Shown piece by piece: positions 10,380 to 20,259 of a stretch of DNA of 64,000 bases (position 1 is its first letter; each line of letters starts with the position of its first letter). Made by a program: the position numbers and the translations under genes. The notes under the pieces were generated by a model. It was not told the DNA's origin and did not search any database. It saw nothing but the letters and a program-made list of their open reading frames with translations. The stretch is from contig CAZHJK010000011.1 of NCBI GenBank assembly GCA_964533275.1, forward strand, positions 5,572 to 69,571, in the 5' to 3' direction. This DNA is from an uncultured Eubacteriaceae bacterium. GTDB taxonomy: Bacteria; Bacillota; Clostridia; Eubacteriales; Garciellaceae.

Positions 10380-10414
10380 GGTTTATTTAGTTATACAATC
10401 CACATGTATATATA

Positions 10415-10450
10415 GATAATGGCGGTCAAATAGACGCCATTATCTTTTAT
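10415..10450 (+). terminator. Rho-independent terminator closing the GC-rich operon
   Basis: Stem gataatggcg / cgccattatc, followed by ttttat. Confidence 0.8.
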
Positions 10451-10592
10451 TTCGTGTAACATACTATTAATTTAGCTACAAAAATATATGCATTTTTTAT
10501 ATTATAAAATAAAAGAGAAAATGCTTATGAATTTAAATTTCAATATCACTAAAGCTACAGCATTTAGAGACTACTTAATATAATAGGTCAAT

Positions 10593-11906
10593 CTATTTTT
10601 CAGCCCTTTGAATTTTTTCTAAATCCTCCTCTGAAAGGTCATAAAGTCTTAAAAATGCAACACCAATCAATACAACAAATCCAGAAATAGGTCCAATTAA
10701 CTTTAATCCTAGGGGATTTTCAAGACTACTTCCAAATATATTAAATATCATAGGTGTTAGAAGGGAAGAAAAGCCAATTACAATTTTTATAATAAGTCCC
10801 TGGGCTCCAAAGTACATTCCCTCCCGCCGTTCACCATTAGTAAGACTAACCAATTCTGCAATATCTGCTACCATGGCATTAGGTATTATAAATGCTGTAG
10901 ATAGAGGAACGCCTGCTAGAAATACGATAAAAGTAGGTGCAAATCCAGTTAAATAAGAGCCGAAGAAAAACATACTCATAAGAATTAAAGCGAAAAAGAT
11001 GGAGGAAAACATCATAACAGTCTTCTTCCCATATCGCAATGTAATTTTAGGGACAATAGGACTTACAGCCACTGCAATAATAAAGGCTCCTGCTATTAAA
11101 AATCCTGAGGCTTCAGCACTTTGTTGTAATAATATTTCTGTTATATAGGGCATAGCAATAGTCAAGGTGTTAATGCCAAACCACATCATCAAATAAGAAC
11201 CTAAATAATACATGAAGTTCTTGTCCGATAGTGTTTTTCCAATAGAAGAAAACATATTACCTTGATTTTTTGTAACTTCAACCTTTTCTTCCTTTACAAA
11301 TAAGGGTGTTAACATAAGAGTTGTCAGGGCAATTAGACCTAGGGTAATTCCCATAACCTTATAATTGCTATTTTGTATAATAATGCCGGAACCTGCTTCT
11401 GCAACCATTACACCTAAAACTTGAGTAATACCCTGTAGTGTAGTTAGCTTTATTCTTTCCTCCTTAGTTTTAGATACTTCCCCAATTAAAGCAAGATATG
11501 GACCTACCACAATGGTAAAGAAAATAAAAAATAATATTAACATTGTGGTTAGATATACAAAATTCCAAATGGATTCTCCGGCAATGGGAGGAAACCATAT
11601 TAAGATAAAGGTAATAGTTAAGGGGATGGTTCCATAGAGTATAAAGGGTATTCTTCTACCTCTTTTATTCTTTGAATTATCCGATAGATATGCAACCAAA
11701 GGATCTGCAATACCATCAAATACCCTTGCAATAATCATTGAAATACCTATTATAGTTAAGGGAACTAAAACCCTTAATCCCCCTGTATTATCTGATGGTG
11801 GACTATAAAAATATTGATACCATTTAACAGTGGTTTGGGTAAATATTGATATTCCAAAATAGCCTAGGGAATACATCCAAAGCATTAAATTTCTACTTTT
11901 TCTCAT
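10593..11906 (-). CDS. Glycoside-pentoside-hexuronide (GPH):cation symporter family transporter
   Basis: 12-TM MFS-like protein with the GPH signature DGIADPLVAYLSDNSKNKRGRRIPF. The start is set at the second ATG (MRKSRN), which has GGAGGT 8 nt upstream. Confidence 0.8.
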   Translation of the reverse strand: MRKSRNLMLWMYSLGYFGISIFTQTTVKWYQYFYSPPSDNTGGLRVLVPLTIIGISMIIARVFDGIADPLVAYLSDNSKNKRGRRIPFILYGTIPLTITFILIWFPPIAGESIWNFVYLTTMLILFFIFFTIVVGPYLALIGEVSKTKEERIKLTTLQGITQVLGVMVAEAGSGIIIQNSNYKVMGITLGLIALTTLMLTPLFVKEEKVEVTKNQGNMFSSIGKTLSDKNFMYYLGSYLMMWFGINTLTIAMPYITEILLQQSAEASGFLIAGAFIIAVAVSPIVPKITLRYGKKTVMMFSSIFFALILMSMFFFGSYLTGFAPTFIVFLAGVPLSTAFIIPNAMVADIAELVSLTNGERREGMYFGAQGLIIKIVIGFSSLLTPMIFNIFGSSLENPLGLKLIGPISGFVVLIGVAFLRLYDLSEEDLEKIQRAEK

Positions 11907-12966
11907 TTCTCTTACCTCCATTATAGTATGTTTTATTTATAAAGTTTTTTTCAAAATCTGTGTTTATGTCTCCGAAGTATTGGGCATTTAATCTTTCATT
12001 TTTAAGTTTATCATAATCAATGGTTGTGGTAATAAACTCATTTCCTTCATAATGGGAGGATATTGCTAATATGCCATCCTTATTAGGAGTAAGGGATAGG
12101 GGTGCGAAAACACCAGCCCTTCCTGTAAAATGCATACCTGCAATCCAACCATTCAGGGATGCCTTTGCACCATATAAGAAGGATTCCTGTATTCTCGGCC
12201 ATATGCCCCTTAGTGCTCTCCACTTATTATATTCCTCCATATTAGCAATAGGTAAAATAACTAAATCAGCATCTAATTCCCTGGCACGGTAAAAGGTTTC
12301 AAAATAAGTTGCATCCATGCATATAGGTAAGGCGAGTCTTCCAATCTTTAAATCAAATACTGCTAAGTTCCTCTCCCGGGTAAGTCCTATCTGTTCTTCA
12401 AAATCAGTTAGATGGAGCTTCCCCTGGGTTCCTATAAACTCACCACTAGGACCATATAGGGAACCGGCATTATAGAGTCCTTTTTCATTGGTAAATAAAA
12501 AGCTTCCAGAGTATATATATATATTAGCTTTTTTAGCTAGTAAAGAAAATATGATTGAGACTCCTCTTTCAATTGATGGTGCAATCGCCTTAAAGAGAGG
12601 AGCAAGGGAGGAGGAATCCCCACCTTCATTATGTTTATTTATGTTTTTTTGAGCCTTATCATTTAAAAAATTATTTAATAAAGAAAAACCTGGTATTAGA
12701 CCAAATAGATCAAAGAAATTATATTCAGGAAAGATGACTAGCTGACTTCCTTCTTCTACTGCATTCTTAATAAAGGAGTAAAGCATATCGATATATCCTT
12801 CTATTGAACCTAGGGGATGGATTTCCCTTTGTACAGCACTAATTTTAATTCTGTTTAGATTATCATAAGGTGGAGCATTGAAGGTGGGAAGTTTATCAAT
12901 ATGACTTTCAATTCTTTCCCTGGTAATCTTTTTTATAAATATTTTTTCTAAAATTCCCTCAATCAT
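11893..12966 (-). CDS. Carbon-nitrogen hydrolase (nitrilase superfamily) with an intact Glu-Lys-Cys triad
   Basis: LVIFPEYNF (Glu), GKLHLTDFE (Lys), LALPICMDATYFE (Cys). AGGAGG RBS 8 nt upstream. Confidence 0.8.
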   Translation of the reverse strand: MIEGILEKIFIKKITRERIESHIDKLPTFNAPPYDNLNRIKISAVQREIHPLGSIEGYIDMLYSFIKNAVEEGSQLVIFPEYNFFDLFGLIPGFSLLNNFLNDKAQKNINKHNEGGDSSSLAPLFKAIAPSIERGVSIIFSLLAKKANIYIYSGSFLFTNEKGLYNAGSLYGPSGEFIGTQGKLHLTDFEEQIGLTRERNLAVFDLKIGRLALPICMDATYFETFYRARELDADLVILPIANMEEYNKWRALRGIWPRIQESFLYGAKASLNGWIAGMHFTGRAGVFAPLSLTPNKDGILAISSHYEGNEFITTTIDYDKLKNERLNAQYFGDINTDFEKNFINKTYYNGGKRNEKK

Positions 12967-13816
12967 CTTTATTACCTCCTAAGCCCTTTATTTCAGTATA
13001 AAACTCAGGATTTAATTGGGTTAAGGCATCGAATTCTCTTCGGGCAATTTTTCGTTTTTCCTTATCTAGTTCTATAATTATTAATTCACTCTCTCCCTTA
13101 GTTCGTGCTAATATACCATCCTCGTCAGGGGTCATGGGTAGTGGACCGTGGACAATACTTTCACCCCAAAGTATTTTATTATCCAATTTTCCATTAAAAG
13201 CACTTTCCACTGCAAAATAATGATTAAGTTGAGTTGTTTGCCAAGTTCCAGAGAGCTGAAGCCATGGATTTTTTTCACCCTCAAAGCCAATGGGGGAGAT
13301 AATAAGATCAGCCCCTAAAAGAGCCGCCCGTCTTGCTACCTGGGGATAGAATACATCGGTGGAAATAATTAATGCAATGTTCCACCCATTAAGGCTTATT
13401 AGTTCTATGTCCCTTCCCCTAGTAAGGGAGAGCTTTCTTTCCCATTTTGCCAAGTAGAGCTGGGATTGTTTTAATATGAGGCTACTCCTTTGTATAAGAC
13501 AGGAAGAATGATAGATCAAATCTCCTTTTCTTTTCCAATAGCTTCCTGGGCATAAAGTAATATTTGAACGATTAGAAAGCTGTATCATTTCCTCTAAAAA
13601 CTTATTATGGGATACTTTAGGCAATAGATCTTTAAGGGGAGGCTTTCCATATTGTAACCATTGATAAAAGCAGCCGGAAAAGCCCGGAAGAATTAAAATA
13701 TCCGCTGCATTTTTTTCAGCTTTCCTAAAATTTAACTCTATTATTTCTACAAATTCCTTAGTATCCTTAATGGCATTAATTTTATGACTGGGGAATTCAA
13801 CAGCTGCTATCTTCAT
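12959..13816 (-). CDS. Carbon-nitrogen hydrolase-like paralogue lacking the catalytic Glu and Cys (probable pseudoenzyme or altered chemistry)
   Basis: Homologous to the downstream gene, but ILILPGFSG replaces the PE motif and IALIISTDVFYPQ replaces the C-x-D motif. ATG 13816 is preferred; GTG 13825 is possible. Confidence 0.7.
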   Translation of the reverse strand: MKIAAVEFPSHKINAIKDTKEFVEIIELNFRKAEKNAADILILPGFSGCFYQWLQYGKPPLKDLLPKVSHNKFLEEMIQLSNRSNITLCPGSYWKRKGDLIYHSSCLIQRSSLILKQSQLYLAKWERKLSLTRGRDIELISLNGWNIALIISTDVFYPQVARRAALLGADLIISPIGFEGEKNPWLQLSGTWQTTQLNHYFAVESAFNGKLDNKILWGESIVHGPLPMTPDEDGILARTKGESELIIIELDKEKRKIARREFDALTQLNPEFYTEIKGLGGNKDD

Positions 13817-15608
13817 GGAAATCACCGCCTAATAAAACATGATTAAGCACAGAAGCAAGATAACCGGCTCCTGTAGCAAATCCAACACCGGTTTTTCCTT
13901 CTCCGGTATTTGGATCAAAGCTTTCAGCCAATAGTCCAAAGTCCATATTTGCTTGGAGGAGCCATCCTAGAGCCATTTTTCTTTTTAATGGGTTGAGAAT
14001 ACTGCCGCATAGCCCTAGACCAGATGGGGTATTAGGATGATGGTCACAGGCTAATTCTTGAATAGAGACATCTTGGAAAAAATAATTATATTGTGGTGAA
14101 TAATAATATTCAATGGTATTTTGAAATATTTCATCCTGCTCATGGACAAAGTCATAGAAATGAAGTAACCCTAGATTTCCGGGAGGATCATTATACAGTC
14201 TAAAATTACCATTTTTATCGCCAGACCATACAAACATTTTCTTTCCATTGACTTCCTTAACTAGGTATTTATATATTCCCTCTTTAATTCCACCTATTCG
14301 CTCAATAATAATTCTTGATTTTTCTTTCAACCCTAATTTTTCATAAAGGTCTCTTAAATAATGTAGTCCTCGCCATAAAATGACATTATCAATAGTAACC
14401 AGGGGATATAATGCGGGATCATCAGAGGGCAGTAAAAATGTTTTATATAGTTTTGTATCCCTATCATACTCTTGTTCAATTCTATCCCATACATTTTCCA
14501 ATGCCCAAATAAGGCTTTGGTCTACTTTATCTTGTTTCAAATCCCTAAGAAGTATAAAATAACTAGCTGCTTCATCTAATTCAAAGCCAGGATAAAGGGT
14601 TGTTCCATCGATATAGTGGGCATGATCTCCTGGATTTTTGCTATGCAATAGAATCATTTCCCGTATTAATAATTGATGAAGACTTGGGTTAACAAGCTTT
14701 ATGGCAGGAAAGGACCATAAAAAACTATCTCTTTCCCAAAAGGCACCAGAGACATAATAACGGGGGCTTCTAGAGGTTAAGGCAAAATATCGATCACTTT
14801 CCCAGTCCTTTCCTATGGAAAAGAAATAATTAAAGAATAGATTTTCATTCATGATTCTTTCCAGGGAGAAATCTTGGGCATAGGATAATTTTTTATCCTG
14901 CAGCCAATCCTCCCATTGTTTATATATTACTTTATAACCCTTTCTTTTTAAATGAATAAGAGTAGTGGAAGCACCATCGGCATCATAGTTTAGGGCTATA
15001 TATAGGGCGTTTCTTTTTTTGCATTCAAGCTCCATAGTTTCTTTTTCTTCATTAAATTTGTATTTAAAAGACTCTTCACCACCAAAGGCTATAGCGAGGG
15101 AAGACTTTGGGCTCTCTAATTCAATGATTGGATTATACAACCATGTATCTACTTGATAATTCTTTTGGAAATCAAAATCATGGGAATTAAAGCGCAGGAA
15201 GGACATAGAAGATATATCACACAGGATTTGAATATCTACAGGTTTATTACTTTGGAAATCATAAATCAAGCCCTTTTCATAAAGGTCCGTATAAATTCTT
15301 ACTTTAACCTGAACTTCACCTTCTAGATCAAATGTTATCAATGGATTATAAAAGTATTCTTTACTATAGGAAGCATGTTTTATAGCTAGTTTTTTTCCAC
15401 CTATATAAAAGGAGGGGATGAATAAACCCTTTTTACCCTTTAACTCTAATAGTGCTTTATTAGATATGGTACCGATATTTAAGCTTCTAACTATAGCTGT
15501 TGTAGGATCTATTTCAGGTAGACTTATGTAATGATTACCTGCATATAAAACCTCTTCATTATTTAAAATCTCCTTAGGCTTTGTATATATTTTACTCAAA
15601 TTATTCAC
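13797..15608 (-). CDS. (alpha/alpha)6-barrel glycoside hydrolase-like protein, GH125/DUF1237-like, with a ~260-aa N-terminal extension
   Basis: GAFWERDSF, GFELDEAASY, LPSDDP and GLLAESFD resemble the GH125 motif set. The start may instead be the TTG at 15599, which has GAGGAG 7 nt upstream. Confidence 0.5.
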   Translation of the reverse strand: MNNLSKIYTKPKEILNNEEVLYAGNHYISLPEIDPTTAIVRSLNIGTISNKALLELKGKKGLFIPSFYIGGKKLAIKHASYSKEYFYNPLITFDLEGEVQVKVRIYTDLYEKGLIYDFQSNKPVDIQILCDISSMSFLRFNSHDFDFQKNYQVDTWLYNPIIELESPKSSLAIAFGGEESFKYKFNEEKETMELECKKRNALYIALNYDADGASTTLIHLKRKGYKVIYKQWEDWLQDKKLSYAQDFSLERIMNENLFFNYFFSIGKDWESDRYFALTSRSPRYYVSGAFWERDSFLWSFPAIKLVNPSLHQLLIREMILLHSKNPGDHAHYIDGTTLYPGFELDEAASYFILLRDLKQDKVDQSLIWALENVWDRIEQEYDRDTKLYKTFLLPSDDPALYPLVTIDNVILWRGLHYLRDLYEKLGLKEKSRIIIERIGGIKEGIYKYLVKEVNGKKMFVWSGDKNGNFRLYNDPPGNLGLLHFYDFVHEQDEIFQNTIEYYYSPQYNYFFQDVSIQELACDHHPNTPSGLGLCGSILNPLKRKMALGWLLQANMDFGLLAESFDPNTGEGKTGVGFATGAGYLASVLNHVLLGGDFHEDSSC

Positions 15609-15699
15609 TCCTCTAAGTAGAAGATTAACTATAGCATAATTATATATTAAAGATTCGCCATAATTCTTGTCTTTCCTTTAAAGTTCAAAAAAAGAAAAT

Positions 15700-15715
15700 G
15701 GGGACGGTGACTTTT
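15700..15715 (+). repeat. Copy of the dispersed GGGGACGGTGACTTT (REP-like) element
   Basis: ggggacggtgactttt, in the divergent intergenic region between the GH operon and the response regulator gene. Confidence 0.8.
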
Positions 15716-15831
15716 GTATACAAATTTTACCAGTTGGATACTATGATTTCGGTATTTATATTTGAGTAGTAGTATATATTTGTTAATTTTTCATTTTATG
15801 ACATAATGTCTTATAAAGAGGAGGCAGAAAA

Positions 15832-16539
15832 ATGGAAAAGATTATGATTATAGAGGATGATCCTAAAATTGCAAAACATTTGGAAACCTATATTAATAAA
15901 TATGGATATCAAGTAAGTAAAGTAACTGATTTTGAAAATGTAATGGAAGAGTTTCATAAAAATAAACCTAATATTGTATTACTAGATATAAATCTGCCCA
16001 GCTATGATGGATTTTATTGGTGTAGACAAATTCGAAAGCAATCTACTTGTCCAGTTATATTTATCTCTGCCCGAATCGGTGAAATGGACCAGGTAAGAGC
16101 ATTAGAAAATGGGGGAGATGACTTTATTACAAAACCTTTTAATACTGAGATCGTAATGGCAAAAATACGCAGTCAGCTTCGGCGTGCTTATGGTGAATAT
16201 GCCCAGGAACACAAAGAGCGAGTATTGGATATAGAGGGACTTAAGCTTTTCCCAGAAAGATTGGAGTTAATCTTTGAGGGGGGCGAGGTATCCCTATCAA
16301 AAAAGGAAGCAGATATTATTGAAAGCTTAATGAATCGGTATCCCCGTGTTGCGGGCAGGGAAGACTTATTGGAAAAACTATGGGATGATCAAGCATATGT
16401 AGATGAAAATACACTTAATGTGAATATAACAAGGGTAAGAAAAAAGCTTCAGGCAGTGGGGATTAAAGATGCCATAGAAACTGTAAGGGGCGCTGGTTAT
16501 CGTTTGAATATCTCATGGTCAAAGGTGGAAGATAGATGA
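15832..16539 (+). CDS. OmpR-family response regulator (BceR-type)
   Basis: Receiver domain (LLDINLP) plus winged-helix output (VRGAGYRL). First gene of an RR-HK-ABC module. Confidence 0.9.
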   Translation: MEKIMIIEDDPKIAKHLETYINKYGYQVSKVTDFENVMEEFHKNKPNIVLLDINLPSYDGFYWCRQIRKQSTCPVIFISARIGEMDQVRALENGGDDFITKPFNTEIVMAKIRSQLRRAYGEYAQEHKERVLDIEGLKLFPERLELIFEGGEVSLSKKEADIIESLMNRYPRVAGREDLLEKLWDDQAYVDENTLNVNITRVRKKLQAVGIKDAIETVRGAGYRLNISWSKVEDR

Positions 16540-17537
16540 AGTTATTTATAAAGGAGCATTTATTATTAGTTGGAGTACAGATACTACAATTTTTAGTGGT
16601 TCTTTCTATTTACTGGCTTGATGGCTATCGTAATATTAAACCTGCATTCTATAGTGTTTTTCTTGGTCTCTTTTTTCTAAGTTGTTATCTTTTCTATCAA
16701 TATTATAGTCATCGTAAGTTTTATAAACGACTTAGCAATCCCCTTGAGTCCCTTGATGAATCCATCTCAAAGACTGAAAAAACAGCTATATCTGAAGCTC
16801 TTGATCTATTATTGAGAGATCAGTACAAATATTATCAAAATCAAATTAAAACATTAGAGAATACACAGGAGAAACATCTTAAGTTTATGAATCAATGGGT
16901 ACATCAGATGAAAACACCCCTATCTGTTATTGAGCTAACAGCACAAAACCTGGATGAACCGGATTCCTCTGATATACGGGAAGAAACTGAAGGAATAAAA
17001 ACTGGATTAAATACCATTCTTTATATGGCACGTCTTCAAACCTTTGAGCAGGATTTCTATGTACAACCAGTAGTTTTATCTGAGATTATAAATGAAGTAA
17101 ATAAAGAAAATAAACGCTTCTATATTCGTAACAAGGTTTATCCAAAGCTACAGGAGGAAAGGTCCAAAATCACTGTTGAGACAGATGAAAAATGGATATT
17201 TTTTATACTTTCACAATTGATTCATAATGGAGTTAAGTATTCTACTGGAAAAAGTAATAGTATCATTATTTCAATCTATGAAAAAGATGGGGAAGCTGTT
17301 TTGGAAGTGACTGATTTTGGCGTTGGAATTCCAGATTCCGATAAAAGAAGGGTGTTCAATGCTTTTTATACAGGAGAAAATGGTCGAAAGTTCAGGGAAT
17401 CAACAGGGATGGGTCTTTATTTAGCCAAAGAGGTTGTGGATCATCTTGGACATCGAATAGAATTTGATTCAGAGGTTGGGAAAGGGACAAGCTTCCGTAT
17501 TATATTTTCCTCCACCCAAAACCTTACAAGGATGTAA
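16536..17537 (+). CDS. Intramembrane-sensing histidine kinase (BceS-type)
   Basis: Two N-terminal TM helices with almost no loop, an H-box (VHQMKTPLSVI) and an HATPase (GVGIP...GMGLYLAKE). ATGA overlap with the RR gene. Confidence 0.9.
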   Translation: MKLFIKEHLLLVGVQILQFLVVLSIYWLDGYRNIKPAFYSVFLGLFFLSCYLFYQYYSHRKFYKRLSNPLESLDESISKTEKTAISEALDLLLRDQYKYYQNQIKTLENTQEKHLKFMNQWVHQMKTPLSVIELTAQNLDEPDSSDIREETEGIKTGLNTILYMARLQTFEQDFYVQPVVLSEIINEVNKENKRFYIRNKVYPKLQEERSKITVETDEKWIFFILSQLIHNGVKYSTGKSNSIIISIYEKDGEAVLEVTDFGVGIPDSDKRRVFNAFYTGENGRKFRESTGMGLYLAKEVVDHLGHRIEFDSEVGKGTSFRIIFSSTQNLTRM

Positions 17538-17626
17538 GGAAAATGAAAGAATAATCGATAGTTAAGATAGGTCGGTCAGCGGTATACTAATTACAGAGTA
17601 AAGAATAGAGAAAAGGAGATTTTATC

Positions 17627-18379
17627 ATGCTGAATGTAAAAAAAGTGAGTAAAATTTATGAAGGAAAAATGGCATACCGCGCTTTAACAGATATAGATTT
17701 AACCATTGAAACAGGAGAATTTGTAGGAATTATGGGCCCATCAGGAAGTGGGAAAACAACATTATTAAATATCATTGCAACCATTGATCAACCAACAACA
17801 GGGGAAATTTCAATCAGCGGGAATAATCCACATAGACTAAAAAGTGAAGGGTTGGCTAAATTCCGTCGCAGGGAGCTAGGCTTCGTATTTCAGGAATATA
17901 ATTTACTTCACACATTAACGGTTGAAGAGAATATCGTTCTTCCTTTGACATTAGATGGAGAAAATGTGAATGATATGAAGGAGAAAGCAAGGCAAATAGC
18001 TGAAAAACTTGGTATTACAGATATTATGAAGAAGCGCACCTTCGAAATATCCGGTGGGCAAGCACAAAGAGCAGCGATTGGAAGGGCGATGATTCATAGT
18101 CCTAAACTTTTGCTTGCTGATGAACCAACGGGAAATCTGGACTCTAAGGCATCAAAGGATGTTATGACCATGCTTGAATCCATCAATAAAAAAGAGGGTA
18201 CAACCATGATGCTAGTTACCCATGATCCCCAAGCAGCCAGCTATTGCAATAGAGTAGTCTTTATTCGTGATGGAAGGTTTTATTCAGAAATTCATAGGGG
18301 AGATAATCGTCAAGCCTTTTTCCAAAAGATTATTGATACACTTTCTTTAATGGGAGGGGATGCAAATGACCTTTCGTGA
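17627..18379 (+). CDS. ABC transporter ATP-binding protein (BceA/MacB-type)
   Basis: Walker A GPSGSGKTT, signature SGGQAQR, Walker B LLLADEPT. Confidence 0.9.
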   Translation: MLNVKKVSKIYEGKMAYRALTDIDLTIETGEFVGIMGPSGSGKTTLLNIIATIDQPTTGEISISGNNPHRLKSEGLAKFRRRELGFVFQEYNLLHTLTVEENIVLPLTLDGENVNDMKEKARQIAEKLGITDIMKKRTFEISGGQAQRAAIGRAMIHSPKLLLADEPTGNLDSKASKDVMTMLESINKKEGTTMMLVTHDPQAASYCNRVVFIRDGRFYSEIHRGDNRQAFFQKIIDTLSLMGGDANDLS

Positions 18380-20243
18380 GTTCGCCTTCCATAATGTAAC
18401 ACGAAACAAGAGATTGTATATGGCATATTTTCTAAGCAGTATGTTTACCGTATTGGTGTTTTTTACCTTTTCTATCTTTGCATTTCACCCTACATTGTCA
18501 GCGGGTTCTGATATGCATAGTAGTGTTACCCAGGGTATGAGCATTGCTGCTGGAATTATCTATGTCTTTTCCTTTTTCTTCATCCTATACTCCATGAGTT
18601 CCTTTCTGCAATCCCGCAAGAGAGAATTTGGGCTATTGATGATGCAAGGAATGTCTACCAAACAAATTCGTTCTATGATTTTTTTGGAAAATATGATTAT
18701 AGGATTTTTTGCTACAATAGGTGGTATTGGATTAGGATTGGTTTTTGCAAAGGCTATTTTGATGATTGCTGAAAATGTTTTAATTATTGAACAACAATTA
18801 AATTTTTATTTTCCTATAATAGCAATAGCATTAACTTTTGCCTCCTTTATCTTTTTATTTCTATTTATTTCAATCTTCGTTTCTTGGTTCGTACGTAGCA
18901 GTAAGCTCATTGACCTAATAAAAGCAAATAAAAAGTCCAAGGGCGAACCAAAGGCAAATATATTGTTAACCATAATTGCTACTGTTTTACTGGGGGCAGG
19001 GTATTTGGTGGCGTTAATTGTTAAGGGAATGGCTGTATTAGGAGTTATGTTACCAGTTATTATTGTTGTAACCATAGGCACCTATCTATTTTTTACTCAA
19101 TTAAGCGTATATGTAATTCACAGACTGAAGAAGAAAGAGAGTCTCTTTTGGCATAATACAAATATGATTTTGTTTTCAGATCTTTCCTTTCGCATGAAGG
19201 ATAATGCGCGAACCTTCTTCATGGTAGCCATGATTTCTACAGTGGCATTTAGTGCAATAGGAAGTCTGTTTGGATTTGGAACCTTGATCACAAAAGAAAC
19301 AAAGATAATGAACCCTAATAGCCTTACCTATAGAGCCTATGACGCTGAAGAAGTTAATGAAGAGCAAGATGTTGCGTTGATTAATGAAATGTTACGCCAG
19401 GAAAACATTGAAGCAGATACAGCACAAACTATACTCCGTTACTATCAGGTAGGAGAGGGCCCAAGTACATTAATCGCTAGTCAATCAGACTTTAATGCTT
19501 TTGCAGATCTTCTTGGAGAAGAGAACATTAGTATTAAAGAGGGAGAATTGATTGTGGTAGGATTAGAAGGATCTTCCTACGGGCAGACCGAAGAATTAAT
19601 GAACAAAGAGGTAGAGTTGAATTCAGGAGTGATATTGAAGCCAGATAAAGACATCTATTCTAGAGCCTTACCTGGAGATTCTTATTATCTTGTCTCAGAT
19701 GAGGATTATTCAAAACTTCCTGCTCCCAATTTTGAAGAAGGCTTTTATGCATGGCAGGCAACAGCAGGAGAAGAAAATGTATTTAAGGCAGTGGAGAGGT
19801 TGTATCAAGAGAACCCTATCTATGGACTTACTTCAGGTGTATATAGTCTTTATCAGACAAATAAAGGATATGGACCTACCTTGTTTGTAGGGCTATTTAT
19901 CGGAATTGTGTTTTTCGTATCTGCTGGAAGCTTCCTTTATTTCCGCCTTTATACTGATTTAGAGGAAGATAAGAGAAAATTTAAATCTATTGCAAAAATG
20001 GGTTTAACGGAAAAAGAGTTAAAGAAGGTACTAAGCAGACAAACGATCATTTTGTTCTTCGCACCCATTATTGTAGCATTGATTCATGGGGCTGTGGCAC
20101 TTACAGCATTATCCCATATGTTCAATTTTAATATGTTTAAGGAAGCAGTATTAGTTCTAAGTGTTTTCTTAGCCATACAAGTGATATATTTTTTCATAGT
20201 TAGATTTTTTTATACAAAACAGATTAGAACAGCAATAGAATAA
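18366..20243 (+). CDS. FtsX-family ABC permease with a large extracellular domain (BceB-type)
   Basis: About 620 aa and 10 TM, with a ~220-aa loop after TM7, as in peptide-antibiotic sensing/detoxification permeases. The second ATG is preferred (6 nt after GGGAGGGG). Confidence 0.85.
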   Translation: MTFREFAFHNVTRNKRLYMAYFLSSMFTVLVFFTFSIFAFHPTLSAGSDMHSSVTQGMSIAAGIIYVFSFFFILYSMSSFLQSRKREFGLLMMQGMSTKQIRSMIFLENMIIGFFATIGGIGLGLVFAKAILMIAENVLIIEQQLNFYFPIIAIALTFASFIFLFLFISIFVSWFVRSSKLIDLIKANKKSKGEPKANILLTIIATVLLGAGYLVALIVKGMAVLGVMLPVIIVVTIGTYLFFTQLSVYVIHRLKKKESLFWHNTNMILFSDLSFRMKDNARTFFMVAMISTVAFSAIGSLFGFGTLITKETKIMNPNSLTYRAYDAEEVNEEQDVALINEMLRQENIEADTAQTILRYYQVGEGPSTLIASQSDFNAFADLLGEENISIKEGELIVVGLEGSSYGQTEELMNKEVELNSGVILKPDKDIYSRALPGDSYYLVSDEDYSKLPAPNFEEGFYAWQATAGEENVFKAVERLYQENPIYGLTSGVYSLYQTNKGYGPTLFVGLFIGIVFFVSAGSFLYFRLYTDLEEDKRKFKSIAKMGLTEKELKKVLSRQTIILFFAPIIVALIHGAVALTALSHMFNFNMFKEAVLVLSVFLAIQVIYFFIVRFFYTKQIRTAIE

Positions 20244-20259
20244 ATGGTGAGAATAAAAA

